From assembly GCF_024762315.1 (NCBI RefSeq), contig NZ_JANTHR010000002.1: 64,000 bases of DNA; one strand, given 5' to 3'. The notes under the pieces are model-generated. The model was not told the DNA's origin and made no database searches. It saw nothing but the letters and a program-made list of their open reading frames with translations. Both the position numbers and the translations under genes were made by a program. Of the stretch, positions 39,558 through 49,436 are shown piece after piece; the first letter of the stretch is position 1; each line of letters starts with the position of its first letter. The stretch is from Sulfurovum sp. (GTDB taxonomy: Bacteria > Campylobacterota > Campylobacteria > Campylobacterales > Sulfurovaceae).

Positions 39558-41279
39558 TTACTGCTTTTTCACAGGAGGTAACTGTTTTTCCCTCTGTTTT
39601 TTAACAGTGATCATACGTTTTTTAGGGATGGAGAATGTCGCTTTTTTATGTCCCTCAACCGATTCTTCTATGATCATATCGTACAGATAAATGTCATGTT
39701 TGAAGTATGCCAGACCATCTTCTTCATAAACTGTAAAATAGAGTATATGTACCGGAACAGGTTTACGCAATTTAATGGTAGTAGGTTTATTTGTGGCAAT
39801 AATATCCTCTATATCGCTGTGAGAATAACTTCCTTTGGCATGTTCAAGGAGTATATCCATCAATTCAAAAGGTTTTTCTACTCTCATACACCCTGAACTG
39901 TATATTTTATAACGTCTTGTAAGCAGTGTTTTATTGTCCGTATCATGAAGATAGACGGCATATTTGTTAGGGAACATGAATTTGATTCGGCCCAGTGCAT
40001 TATTGTCCCCGGGAAACTGTACAAAACGGTATGGAACTTTTGCTTCACTGTTTTCATAGGGGTCTAACATCTCCTGGGTGATCTGTATCTCTTTGTTACC
40101 TTTAAATACATGAATATTATTCTCTTCAAGATACATAGGATTCTCTCTAAGCACATGGATAAGGTCTCTTTTAATGAGATTATCCGGGATGGTCCAGGTC
40201 GGATTGATGACCATATATTCGATCTTGTCATGGAAAATAGGAGTAGGTCTGTCTATACGTCCTACAACGATACCCATTTTCATGATCTTCACACCGTCTC
40301 GATAGTAACGCAGATTGAAATCAGGGACATTGACTTCCACATATTCATCTTCAAAACGTTTTGGATAGAGTTTTGTTTTATCCAGATTGGTGATGATTGC
40401 CTGTATATTTTTTTTAGCCGGCTGGTTCAAATACCAGGTCATGGTTTTATCTACCATACCGTTTATTTCAAGAAGATAGCGTTTCTGATAAGTGATCACT
40501 GCCTGCCGAAGGGTTTCATCAAATTTTTTATCTAAGGGAGCAGTTTTCGGGTAATCGCCGGAAATTTGAAGACGTTTTTTGATTTGCAGAATGCGATCAG
40601 ACCTGTCACCGAGTTTCAGAGCTTTATTGCTGTATTTTATTTTAGGGAATTTCTGCATGACACGGTAGTTTTTTAGAAGTTTTACCAGCTTTCTGTATCG
40701 TTTTTCCATAGGGATCAAAGAAGTGAGATATTCATGGATATTCCCTTCCATAATTGCTATGATAAGTTGATCCTGGTCAGGAAATGACTTAGGAGACATT
40801 TCCCATTTTACTTTTATATCATCACTCTCTTTAAGGGCTTTGAATTTTTTTTGTACCAGAGCCCAATCCACATCACCTTGAACGATGAAGCGTACCAAAC
40901 GTACCATGGAGTTTGTAAGCATAAGATCAAGCCTTGCATAAACGGCAGCTTTTTTATCTTGGTTTATCTCTCCATTGTCAAGAAGGAAAAAAAGGCGCTT
41001 GATCGCCTTTTGGTCAAAAGATTTATTTTTATAATTAAAAAGAGGATCTTTCAAGGCTTGGATGAGTTGACTCATTTTATCTTCATTTTGCATGCCTACC
41101 CACAAAGGTCTGTAATTTGCTTTGGCATAAATATTTTGTACAATCGATTGATTTTGACCTTTAAGGTGTGTCGGGAGTGAATTCTGTATATTTGCACTGA
41201 TATTCTCCATGCTAAGTGTTTGTGCATATGCAAAATAGTACATAGTCATACATAGTAAAAGTAGTTTTAACTGTTTCAA
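39558..41279 (-). CDS. L,D-transpeptidase (YcbB/LdtD-like) with peptidoglycan-binding domain
   Basis: 573 aa. Signal peptide, PG_binding_1-like segment (FDETLRQAVITYQKRYLLEINGMVD), YkuD catalytic motif HDT...SSGCMRV. Confidence 0.8.
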   Translation of the reverse strand: MKQLKLLLLCMTMYYFAYAQTLSMENISANIQNSLPTHLKGQNQSIVQNIYAKANYRPLWVGMQNEDKMSQLIQALKDPLFNYKNKSFDQKAIKRLFFLLDNGEINQDKKAAVYARLDLMLTNSMVRLVRFIVQGDVDWALVQKKFKALKESDDIKVKWEMSPKSFPDQDQLIIAIMEGNIHEYLTSLIPMEKRYRKLVKLLKNYRVMQKFPKIKYSNKALKLGDRSDRILQIKKRLQISGDYPKTAPLDKKFDETLRQAVITYQKRYLLEINGMVDKTMTWYLNQPAKKNIQAIITNLDKTKLYPKRFEDEYVEVNVPDFNLRYYRDGVKIMKMGIVVGRIDRPTPIFHDKIEYMVINPTWTIPDNLIKRDLIHVLRENPMYLEENNIHVFKGNKEIQITQEMLDPYENSEAKVPYRFVQFPGDNNALGRIKFMFPNKYAVYLHDTDNKTLLTRRYKIYSSGCMRVEKPFELMDILLEHAKGSYSHSDIEDIIATNKPTTIKLRKPVPVHILYFTVYEEDGLAYFKHDIYLYDMIIEESVEGHKKATFSIPKKRMITVKKQREKQLPPVKKQ

Positions 41280-41291
41280 AAAAGATTTTCC

Positions 41292-42146
41292 TTAAATATT
41301 TTTATATTTTTTGTCTATGAGTTTGAGGTATTTTTTCGGTGTAGCCTCTTTCATTGCCTGGGCGAGCCATCGTATCTGGAACCATGCAGCGCCACTGTCT
41401 CTGAGGTCAAAATAATTTTTTAGACTGCGGATATTAAATGTAACTACCATATCGACCTTCCAGTTATCTGAAACGATATGTTTAAATCCGTCCCCGACAT
41501 TTCTTTTTTTCTTGCCTATTTCAAAGGCTTTGTAAAGTGTTTCACTGTCGCCTTTGCATTCTTCTATGAACGGAAGAGATGATTTGGCAATAGCATTGGT
41601 AATGAAGTCAGGATCTTTTTTATACTGGAACATCAGTTTGTCATATATTGCTCTGATCTCAATGGCCAAGTACTCCTTGTCCGTAATAACAAAAAGATGA
41701 AGGGCAAGCACCTTTTCTAAAAAAAAGCTAAACCCGTCCTCACTTTCAAGAGAAGCAACAAAAGCATTGATGACAGAGGACATGGTATAGCGGGTGCTTC
41801 GTACAGAAATGGCCTGAAGTCTGTGGCGTGCATGTTCCTGAAGTACTCCTCTTGAAATTCCTTGAACCAAAAAGCTAAGCGATGCATGTTCTATGATGGA
41901 GTGATGGTGATGCACCCAGGCAAGGTTTGCAAGCAAGTCAGAATCATCAATGCTGTTGATCGCCTCTTTGTTGAGATGATGCATGGCCTCTTTAATGCAT
42001 GCGTTCTCAGAGTTTTCAAAACTGTCATAGCACGTTCTTGCAGCAATTTCCGCAACCCCGAGTCCACTCTCTTGCAGTAGCGTGACTTTAGGCTTTTCAT
42101 ATTCAATTTGGTACATTTTCACTTTTCCCATCACATGTATCCTCAT
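41292..42146 (-). CDS. thyX: FAD-dependent thymidylate synthase ThyX
   Basis: ThyX signature RHRLQAISVRSTRY (RHR...S...S.RY). The start is ambiguous among three N-terminal Met codons. Confidence 0.75.
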   Translation of the reverse strand: MRIHVMGKVKMYQIEYEKPKVTLLQESGLGVAEIAARTCYDSFENSENACIKEAMHHLNKEAINSIDDSDLLANLAWVHHHHSIIEHASLSFLVQGISRGVLQEHARHRLQAISVRSTRYTMSSVINAFVASLESEDGFSFFLEKVLALHLFVITDKEYLAIEIRAIYDKLMFQYKKDPDFITNAIAKSSLPFIEECKGDSETLYKAFEIGKKKRNVGDGFKHIVSDNWKVDMVVTFNIRSLKNYFDLRDSGAAWFQIRWLAQAMKEATPKKYLKLIDKKYKNI

Positions 42147-42191
42147 TTAATTTTGATACAATTATAGCAAATTTTATGAGGACATCAGGTA

Positions 42192-43295
42192 ATGGAAGCT
42201 AATGAAAGATTTTTTAACTTTGAAGAGGATTTTAGAGACCCTTATGCAAGAGACAGGGACAGGGTGCTGCACTGTAGTTCATTCAGAAGACTGGAGTATA
42301 AAACCCAGGTTTTCTTAAATCATGAAGGTGATTATTTTCGTACACGCTTAACCCACTCTTTGGAAGTAAGTCAAATCGCAAGAACACTTTGCAGGATGCT
42401 TGAACTCAATGAAACGTTAGCTGAAGTTATAGCGCTTTCGCATGACCTCGGACATACCCCTTTTGGCCATGTGGGAGGGGATGAACTGGATAAACTGCTT
42501 AAAGCTGACGGTCATCCCTTGGGATTTGAACACAATTTCCAGTCATTCAGGGTTTTGACCAAACTGGAAAAACGCTATAAGGATTTCGATGGACTCAATC
42601 TTACTTTTGCAACACTGGAGGGTGTACTGAAACACTCTTACCCTTATAAAAAATCGTTCTTGGAGGGTCTGGATGCACGTTTTGATCTGGAGAAACATCC
42701 TTCCCTTGAGGCAATGGTAGTAGACCATGCTGATGAGATAGCCTACACTTCCCATGACATCGATGACGGTATTAAATACGGGATCATTACATTTGATGAC
42801 CTGCTGGAAGATGCACTTTGTCTCAGAGTTGATGAGATCGTACAAAACGAGGGTGTTCAAAGAGGAGAAAAACTCTATAGGCATCGCTTTGTAGCAGGAC
42901 TCATAAAGCTGCTTGTGGAAGATTTTATGGAAAATGCCAAAGAAGGTGCAAAAAAATACCGTAAAGAGTTGCCTATTGTTGCAACACTGGATGCATCTTC
43001 TTCCCTGCCTGTCGGTTTTTCAAAACAGACAGGAACAGAGCTTAAAAAACTTAAAAAATTGTTGTTTAAAAAACTTTACAGACATGAAAAAATAGCACGT
43101 AAGATGCATGCGGGAAAACAATGTATTCAAGGGCTTTATCGGGCATTTACAGAAGATATTGATTTGTTGCCGTCATATCAGAAAGAGCTTTTTGAGGTAC
43201 GCAATACCAAGCGTGTGATCGTAGACTATATTGCAGATATGACAGACCGATATGCGATGAAAACCTATCATGAGCTTTACGGGTTTTCATTATAG
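42192..43295 (+). CDS. dgt: dGTPase-family deoxyribonucleoside triphosphate triphosphohydrolase (HD domain)
   Basis: 367 aa. DRDRVLHCSSFRRLEYKTQVF, RLTHSLEVSQIAR, SHDLGHTPFGH. Confidence 0.85.
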   Translation: MEANERFFNFEEDFRDPYARDRDRVLHCSSFRRLEYKTQVFLNHEGDYFRTRLTHSLEVSQIARTLCRMLELNETLAEVIALSHDLGHTPFGHVGGDELDKLLKADGHPLGFEHNFQSFRVLTKLEKRYKDFDGLNLTFATLEGVLKHSYPYKKSFLEGLDARFDLEKHPSLEAMVVDHADEIAYTSHDIDDGIKYGIITFDDLLEDALCLRVDEIVQNEGVQRGEKLYRHRFVAGLIKLLVEDFMENAKEGAKKYRKELPIVATLDASSSLPVGFSKQTGTELKKLKKLLFKKLYRHEKIARKMHAGKQCIQGLYRAFTEDIDLLPSYQKELFEVRNTKRVIVDYIADMTDRYAMKTYHELYGFSL

Positions 43296-43404
43296 AAGAA
43301 AATTTGGGTATAATTCGCGGAAATTTATATAGAGTCTGACCTCTGATGGTTTGTTGCAATGCAATGAATCGCCTGTGGTCTGATTCTCTCCAATAGGACA
43401 TTTT

Positions 43405-45222
43405 ATGCAAAAAATTAAGAATATTGCCGTTATCGCACACGTTGACCACGGCAAAACTACACTTGTAGATGAGCTTTTACAGCAGTCAGGTACTTTTGAG
43501 GCACACCAGCAGGTAGAAGAGAGAGCGATGGATTCGGATGCCATCGAAAAAGAGAGAGGGATCACGATCCTTTCTAAAAACACAGCCATTACCTATGGTG
43601 ACCACAAGATCAACATTATTGACACTCCGGGTCATGCCGACTTCGGTGGGGAAGTAGAGCGTGTACTTAAGATGGTAGATGGTGTACTGATGCTTGTGGA
43701 TGCACAAGAGGGTGCTATGCCTCAAACAAAGTTTGTTCTTAAAAAAGCGGTTGAACTTGGGCTCATTCCGGTTGTGGTTATCAACAAAATCGACAAAGAT
43801 GGTGCAGACCCGGAGAGAGTACTTGATGAGATGTTTGACCTTCTGGTCGCACTTGATGCCAATGAAGATCAACTTGAATTCCCGGTACTTTACGCAGCAG
43901 CCAGAGATGGGTATGCAAAGTGGGAAATGGAAGATGAAAATAAAGATATGACACCTCTTTTTGAAGCTATCCTGGAGAAAGTACCTTATCCACAAGGATC
44001 TCCAGATGCCGATACTCAAGCACAGGTATTTACACTTGATTCAGATAACTTTGTGGGTCGTATCGGTATTACACGTATTTTTAACGGTAAAGTGAAAAAA
44101 GGTGATGAGTATCTTCTGGTAAAAGCTGACGGCTCTAAGTCAAAATCGCGTGTCTCTAAACTCATTGGGTTTAAAGGTCTGGAACGTATTGATATTGAAG
44201 AAGCAGAAGCAGGTGATATTGTCGCTATTGCCGGGTTTGCTGACATAGATGTGGGTGACTCTATTTGTGATCCTGTAAATCCGATAGCGCTTGACCCTAT
44301 GCATGTGGAAGAGCCTACGCTTTCAGTTATTATGTCTGTTAATGATGGACCACTTGCTGGAACAGAGGGTAAACATGTGACATCAAACAAGATCAGAGAA
44401 AGACTTGAAAAAGAGATGGAGACAAATATTGCGATGAGAATGGAACCTACAGGTGAGGCCTCATTTAAAGTATCTGGCCGTGGTGAGCTGCAGATCGGTA
44501 TTTTGGCAGAGAATATGAGACGTGAAGGATTTGAGTTCTTGCTGGCACGTCCTGAAGTGGTTGTAAAAGAAGAAAACGGTGTAAAGATGGAACCATTCGA
44601 GCATCTGGTAGTGGATGTTCCAGAAGAGTTCCAGGGGGTTGCCATTGAAAAACTCGGTAAGAGAAAAGCCGAGATGACCTCACTCACACCAATGCCAGAC
44701 GGTACAGTAAGAATTGAATTTGAAATTCCTGCACGTGGACTTATTGGGTTTAGAAATGAGTTCTTGACCGATACTAAAGGGGAAGGTATTATGAATCACT
44801 CTTACCTGGAGTATAGACCTTATACTGGTACAGTTGAAAGTCGTACACCAGGAGCACTTGTCTCTATGGATAACGGTGAAGCCGTAGCCTTCTCTATTTT
44901 CAATCTTCAGGCACGCGGAACACTCTTCATCAAGCCACAGGACAAAGTCTATAGCGGTATGGTCATCGGTGAATCAGCAAGACCGGGTGATCTGGATGTG
45001 AATCCGCTTAAAGGAAAACAGTTGACCAACATGAGAACAAGTGGGGCTGATGATGCCATTAAACTTGTTCCGCCAAGAGAGATCACGCTTGAGTCTGCCA
45101 TGGAGTGGATAGAAGATGATGAACTCATCGAGATTACGCCTGAGAGTATTCGTATTCGTAAGAAGTCGTTGGACCCGGTGGTGAGAAAACGTTTGGCAAG
45201 AGACAAAAAGAACGCGAAATAG
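43405..45222 (+). CDS. typA: Translational GTPase TypA/BipA
   Basis: 605 aa. G1 [10 protein letters not shown]3 [12 protein letters not shown]4 NKID. Confidence 0.95.
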   Translation: MQKIKNIAVIAHVDHGKTTLVDELLQQSGTFEAHQQVEERAMDSDAIEKERGITILSKNTAITYGDHKINIIDTPGHADFGGEVERVLKMVDGVLMLVDAQEGAMPQTKFVLKKAVELGLIPVVVINKIDKDGADPERVLDEMFDLLVALDANEDQLEFPVLYAAARDGYAKWEMEDENKDMTPLFEAILEKVPYPQGSPDADTQAQVFTLDSDNFVGRIGITRIFNGKVKKGDEYLLVKADGSKSKSRVSKLIGFKGLERIDIEEAEAGDIVAIAGFADIDVGDSICDPVNPIALDPMHVEEPTLSVIMSVNDGPLAGTEGKHVTSNKIRERLEKEMETNIAMRMEPTGEASFKVSGRGELQIGILAENMRREGFEFLLARPEVVVKEENGVKMEPFEHLVVDVPEEFQGVAIEKLGKRKAEMTSLTPMPDGTVRIEFEIPARGLIGFRNEFLTDTKGEGIMNHSYLEYRPYTGTVESRTPGALVSMDNGEAVAFSIFNLQARGTLFIKPQDKVYSGMVIGESARPGDLDVNPLKGKQLTNMRTSGADDAIKLVPPREITLESAMEWIEDDELIEITPESIRIRKKSLDPVVRKRLARDKKNAK

Positions 45223-45244
45223 TTCTTTTATTTCACTATATCTT

Positions 45245-45319
45245 TGATCGGATGAGGCATGCTTCGTTCGGTCACTTACTACATGTAAGCTCCCTCTCTA
45301 CGCATACCCCATCAGACCA
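45245..45319. repeat. GC-rich structured intergenic element A (downstream of typA)
   Basis: Outer imperfect inverted repeat GATGAGGCATGC (45251-45262) with GCATACCCCATC (45302-45313). Inner hairpin CTTAC-TACAT-GTAAG. Core GCTTCGTTCGGTCACTTAC resembles element B at 49289-49312. Confidence 0.5.
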
Positions 45320-45451
45320 AATCTACAATAAACTAAAAGACTATTTTCCTAATATTTAAGTATAGACAGTTACCTTAAAGTTTTATTAAAGTAGTATTTC
45401 TTACTAAATTATAATATTTAGAAAATTATATATATAAAAAAGGGGAGATCT

Positions 45452-46003
45452 ATGAAAAAAATATTTCATGGAATTTTAGCGTTAGTTGCCATAATGGCTT
45501 TAAGTGGATGTGCAAACAAGGTACATGATTATTCCGTATCAACAAATAATCTATTGGCTTTGAAAACAATATCTGGTACAGCGAACAAGGTAAATCTTGG
45601 AGAATTTACAGATTCAGGAAGAGGAGAGAGATCTACAATGTGTAGGCTAGCCACACCGATTGGAACACCAAAAGGTGAAACATTTGCTTCATATATTCAA
45701 AATGCTTTGAAAAAAGAATTAATCATTTCAGATATGTTTGATGAAAATGCAAAAAGAACTATTACTGCTAATTTAGATAAAATATATGGTAGTACGGTAA
45801 TCGGTAATGCATTTTGGGAATTTGCAATAACTTTAAAATCTTCCAATGGATTAAGTTATAAAGTTAATTCAAGATATGACTATGAGTCAAGTTTTTCAGC
45901 AATGTCAGCATGTAGTGAAATGCAAAGATCTTTTCCCCTTGCAGTACAGAAGTTGATCGGAGAAATCGTTAAAAATCCTAAATTTGTTGCACTAAGCAAA
46001 TAA
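45452..46003 (+). CDS. Lipoprotein of unknown function
   Basis: 183 aa. Signal peptide with lipobox LSGC. Confidence 0.6.
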   Translation: MKKIFHGILALVAIMALSGCANKVHDYSVSTNNLLALKTISGTANKVNLGEFTDSGRGERSTMCRLATPIGTPKGETFASYIQNALKKELIISDMFDENAKRTITANLDKIYGSTVIGNAFWEFAITLKSSNGLSYKVNSRYDYESSFSAMSACSEMQRSFPLAVQKLIGEIVKNPKFVALSK

Positions 46004-46025
46004 TTCTTTTCGTGTATAATAGTTT

Positions 46026-46057
46026 TGATTGAATGGTGTATATAGGCCATTCAATCA
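46026..46057. terminator. Bidirectional hairpin between convergent genes
   Basis: TGATTGAATGG (46026-46036) pairs with CCATTCAATCA (46047-46057), perfect 11-bp stem and 10-nt loop. T-run on the plus side, A-run before it. Confidence 0.65.
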
Positions 46058-46061
46058 TTTA

Positions 46062-47261
46062 CTATACGTAACCTACCCTCAACCCCGTAACCCAAGCCCA
46101 ATGAAAATTAAACCCTCCCCTATCTCCATCCACATCGAGTATTTCTCCTGCGAAGAAAAGATCAGGTACAAGTTTTGACTCCATCGTTTGAGGGTTGACT
46201 TCGGTAGTGTCTATGCCCCCTGTGGCTACCTCTGCCCCTTTGAAGCCTTTGGTATCGTTGATGCTGAGTTTGAGGTTTTTGATGCTGTGTACGAGTTTGT
46301 TTATCTCTTTTCTGTTAAGTTCTTTTTCTGCTTGTGCCCTACTCTTTGACTGTTTTAGTATGATGGCTATGAGCTTTTTGTTGATGATGCCTTGTAGCCA
46401 TAAGCCTATGGGTTTTTCGCTCTCTGTATGTACTCTGGCTAGAAGCAAGTTTGTAAGTCTCTCTTTGCTGAGTTCCGGCATGAGGTCCAGGCTGAGTTCG
46501 CAGTAGTCAAAATTGGCCAGTCTTATGCTTACCTCACGGCTTAAATCAAGTATGGCCAGTCCGCTTATGCCGTAGTTAGTAAAGAGCAGGTCGCCTTTTT
46601 TTTCGGTAATGTACTCACCGTTGGCATAAAGTTTTGCAAGCCCGGCTACTTTCACTCCTGCACACCCTTTCACCCAAGACTCTTCAGAACAGAGTTGTAC
46701 GAGTGAGGGATGGCGAGGAATGAGGCTGTGTCCCATTTTGGTAGCAAAGGCATATCCGGAATCGTTGCCTCCCAGCTGCGGTGCGGCAGGTGAGCCGGAG
46801 GCTATGAGAAGCTTATGACAACTTTTTGTACCCTGCGTTGTCTCCAGTGTAAAAATATCACCCTCTTTTGCTATGCCTGTCACCGTACAGTCACAAACTA
46901 TCTGTACCCCTGCCCTCTTGGCTTCATACTTAAGCAGCTCTACGACCGAAGATGCCTGCAAAGACATAGGAAACATCTTCCCCTCTTTGCCTTCCATCAG
47001 CTCTAGTCCAATGGATGTGAAAAACTTCTCTACTACAGAGAAGTCATAGCCTTTTAATACTTTTTCAACAAAGTCAGGATCTCGTGAATGAAAACGGTTG
47101 GCTTGGATGTAACGGTTATCTATGTTACATTTGCCATTACCAGAAACAAGTATCTTTTTACCTACTTTACTGTTTTGCTCCAGCAAAACAACTCTCTGCC
47201 CTGCCCTGGCACATGCAATGGCAGCACAAAGTCCGGCAGCCCCTGCCCCGATAATGATCAT
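46062..47261 (-). CDS. HI0933/BaiN-family FAD-dependent oxidoreductase
   Basis: 399 aa. GAGAAGL dinucleotide fold and family motif SGNGKCNIDN. Confidence 0.75.
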   Translation of the reverse strand: MIIIGAGAAGLCAAIACARAGQRVVLLEQNSKVGKKILVSGNGKCNIDNRYIQANRFHSRDPDFVEKVLKGYDFSVVEKFFTSIGLELMEGKEGKMFPMSLQASSVVELLKYEAKRAGVQIVCDCTVTGIAKEGDIFTLETTQGTKSCHKLLIASGSPAAPQLGGNDSGYAFATKMGHSLIPRHPSLVQLCSEESWVKGCAGVKVAGLAKLYANGEYITEKKGDLLFTNYGISGLAILDLSREVSIRLANFDYCELSLDLMPELSKERLTNLLLARVHTESEKPIGLWLQGIINKKLIAIILKQSKSRAQAEKELNRKEINKLVHSIKNLKLSINDTKGFKGAEVATGGIDTTEVNPQTMESKLVPDLFFAGEILDVDGDRGGFNFHWAWVTGLRVGYV

Positions 47262-47325
47262 CTGCTGATCCTTCTATAAAATTGATCCGGAGTATCATAC
47301 CGGTGTATGCAGAAAAAAAGATCCA

Positions 47326-47568
47326 TTAAAATGTTTTTTCGAATTTTAGTTCCTTATTCCCGATGCCCATCACTGTATCAGAAGTACCGGGTAGGGGCAT
47401 AGCGAATGTCAAGTGCGAAGGTGCAGAATTTGTCTCTCTGGGAATATCGCTTTCTTCCTCTCTGACCGGTTTTAAATACGATTCCAGATCGGTACTGCAC
47501 CCTTCCATAAAAATGACAGAAATAAAAAGCATATACTTCACTATCATTTGCTTCATTTGTTCCCTCAT
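47326..47568 (-). CDS. Possible small secreted protein or lipoprotein
   Basis: 80 aa. Hydrophobic N-terminus then Cys (FMEGC, a poor lipobox). No homology recognised. Confidence 0.3.
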   Translation of the reverse strand: MREQMKQMIVKYMLFISVIFMEGCSTDLESYLKPVREEESDIPRETNSAPSHLTFAMPLPGTSDTVMGIGNKELKFEKTF

Positions 47569-47692
47569 TTTTACAAAAATTATATCATATTCTTATTGGG
47601 AGAACAACTGTTCCCGTTTCTTTTTTGAAGAAAAAGGTTTTGTTTTATTCTCTATTAGGGTATGATATCCGAAAACAAAAAAAGGAGCTTAG

Positions 47693-48007
47693 ATGAGTGC
47701 TTTAGTAGAATTCAGTATGTTCCCCACCGAACAGACACAAAGTAAAAGTGCATTTGTTGCCAGAGTATTAGATATAGTCGATAAAAGTGGTTTGGAATAT
47801 CAGCTCACTCCTATGGGAACCATCATAGAGGGTGAGACCGTTGAAGAAGTACTGGCTGTCATTAACAAAGCCTACGAAGCGTTACAAAAAGATTGCCAAC
47901 GGGTCTACAGCTCCATTAAAATAGACTGGAGAGAGGGACCCGTTGGCAGACTCAACAAAAAAGTGGGCTCCGTAGAGGCAAAACTGGGACGTAAACTTAG
48001 AAGTTAG
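47693..48007 (+). CDS. MTH1187/YkoF-family (DUF77) small protein
   Basis: 104 aa. Family-like start LVEFSMFP and size. SD AAGGAG upstream. Confidence 0.55.
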   Translation: MSALVEFSMFPTEQTQSKSAFVARVLDIVDKSGLEYQLTPMGTIIEGETVEEVLAVINKAYEALQKDCQRVYSSIKIDWREGPVGRLNKKVGSVEAKLGRKLRS

Positions 48008-48050
48008 TTTTAGATATAATTACATCAAAATTTTCACAAGGATATAGAGG

Positions 48051-48263
48051 ATGTGTGCTGAAAGAATACAAAGTATAATACAGGCAATAATCTTGGGGTT
48101 TATCATGGGATTAGCCGGGGCACAAATGTTCAAGGCGGCATTTTTGGTGATGCTTGCAATGATGATCCTGCTTCTTATAGATGGGTTTACCGGGTTTTGT
48201 CCGGGGCTTACCATTTTAAAAAAGATTTTTCCTCCTTGTGAATGTGAAGAAAACAAAGGTTAG
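48051..48263 (+). CDS. DUF2892 (YgaP C-terminal-like) small membrane protein
   Basis: 70 aa with two TM segments and GFCPG motif. Confidence 0.5.
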   Translation: MCAERIQSIIQAIILGFIMGLAGAQMFKAAFLVMLAMMILLLIDGFTGFCPGLTILKKIFPPCECEENKG

Positions 48264-48265
48264 TA

Positions 48266-49261
48266 ATGTCAAATATTTCATATAAAGATGCCGGTGTAGA
48301 TATTGATGCCGGGAATGAATTCGTAGAAGCGATCAAGGCAGATGTTAAATCAACATTCGACAGCAATGTCATTGGCGGGATCGGCTCATTTGCAGGTGCG
48401 TATGCCCTTCCGACAGGCTATAAGGAACCGGTGATCCTCTCTGCAACGGATGGTGTCGGTACAAAGCTCAGGCTCGCTATTGAAAGTGGGAGACTCAACA
48501 CAGTGGGTATAGACCTGGTAGCTATGTGTGTGAATGACCTCATCTGTAATAACGGTACACCGATGTTCTTTCTTGACTACTATGCAACAGGGAAGCTTCT
48601 TCCTGAAAATGCCAAAGATGTGGTTGCAGGGATCGCGGAGGGCTGCAGACGAAGTGAATGTGCATTGGTCGGTGGAGAAACTGCCGAAATGCCGGGGATG
48701 TACTCAGATGATGACTTTGATTTGGCAGGATTTGCTGTAGGGATCGCAGAGCGTTCCCAGATGGATACGGTTGCCAATGTAAAAGAGGGGCAGGTACTCA
48801 TCGCCATGCCAAGTTCGGGGGTGCACTCGAACGGCTATTCACTGGTAAGAAAACTTTTTTTCGATAAATTGGGTATGAGTCTTGAGACAGAGTTTGAAGG
48901 AAAACCGCTTATCGATACATTGCTGGAGCCGACACGTATCTACGTGAAAGAGTATAAAGCCAATAAACAGTACGTGAAAGCCTTAGCCCACATTACAGGC
49001 GGCGGGATCGTAGAAAACCTCCCTAGAGTCCTTCCAGAGGGCATGAGAGCCATTGTAAACAAAGATTCTATCAGAGTATTGCCTATTTTTGAATTCATGG
49101 CGCAGTATGTGGATGAAGAAGAGATGTACAGAGCCTTTAACATGGGTGTAGGCATGGTCTGGGTCGTTGAACCTGAAGATGTAGAAAAAGTTCTTGAAAA
49201 TACAGATGGGTATGTGATCGGTGCCTTAGCCAAAGGCGAAAAAGGCGTAGATCTAGTCTAA
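48266..49261 (+). CDS. purM: Phosphoribosylformylglycinamidine cyclo-ligase (AIR synthetase)
   Basis: 331 aa. YKDAGVDIDAGN, GGIGSFAG, DGVGTK. Confidence 0.95.
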   Translation: MSNISYKDAGVDIDAGNEFVEAIKADVKSTFDSNVIGGIGSFAGAYALPTGYKEPVILSATDGVGTKLRLAIESGRLNTVGIDLVAMCVNDLICNNGTPMFFLDYYATGKLLPENAKDVVAGIAEGCRRSECALVGGETAEMPGMYSDDDFDLAGFAVGIAERSQMDTVANVKEGQVLIAMPSSGVHSNGYSLVRKLFFDKLGMSLETEFEGKPLIDTLLEPTRIYVKEYKANKQYVKALAHITGGGIVENLPRVLPEGMRAIVNKDSIRVLPIFEFMAQYVDEEEMYRAFNMGVGMVWVVEPEDVEKVLENTDGYVIGALAKGEKGVDLV

Positions 49262-49282
49262 TTTCTTTACCGCATCTTCGAC

Positions 49283-49348
49283 TGAACGGCTTCGTTTCGT
49301 TTGGTCACATACGGGGAGTCTGCTCTCGCACTCCACTCACGCCGTTCA
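49283..49348. repeat. GC-rich structured intergenic element B (downstream of purM)
   Basis: Perfect 8-bp outer inverted repeat TGAACGGC (49283-49290) with GCCGTTCA (49341-49348). Inner GGAGT...ACTCC hairpin. Core GCTTCGTTTCGTTTGGTCACATAC is similar to element A. Confidence 0.5.
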
Positions 49349-49436
49349 ACCAAAGCTACAGCAAATCAATTAGACTATATTTTTTCAAAAAACTTGACAC
49401 ACTTTTCAAAGTATGCAAAACCTGCTCACTGGAAGC

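Noticed and set aside
47569-47692. Possible TPP riboswitch ahead of the MTH1187/YkoF-family gene
   Set aside because: I could not find the conserved CUGAGA / ACCUGAUCUGGAUAAUGCCAGCG-type elements. There are only weak hairpins (GAAC-AACT-GTTC plus a T-run; CTTTTT-TGAAG-AAAAAG).
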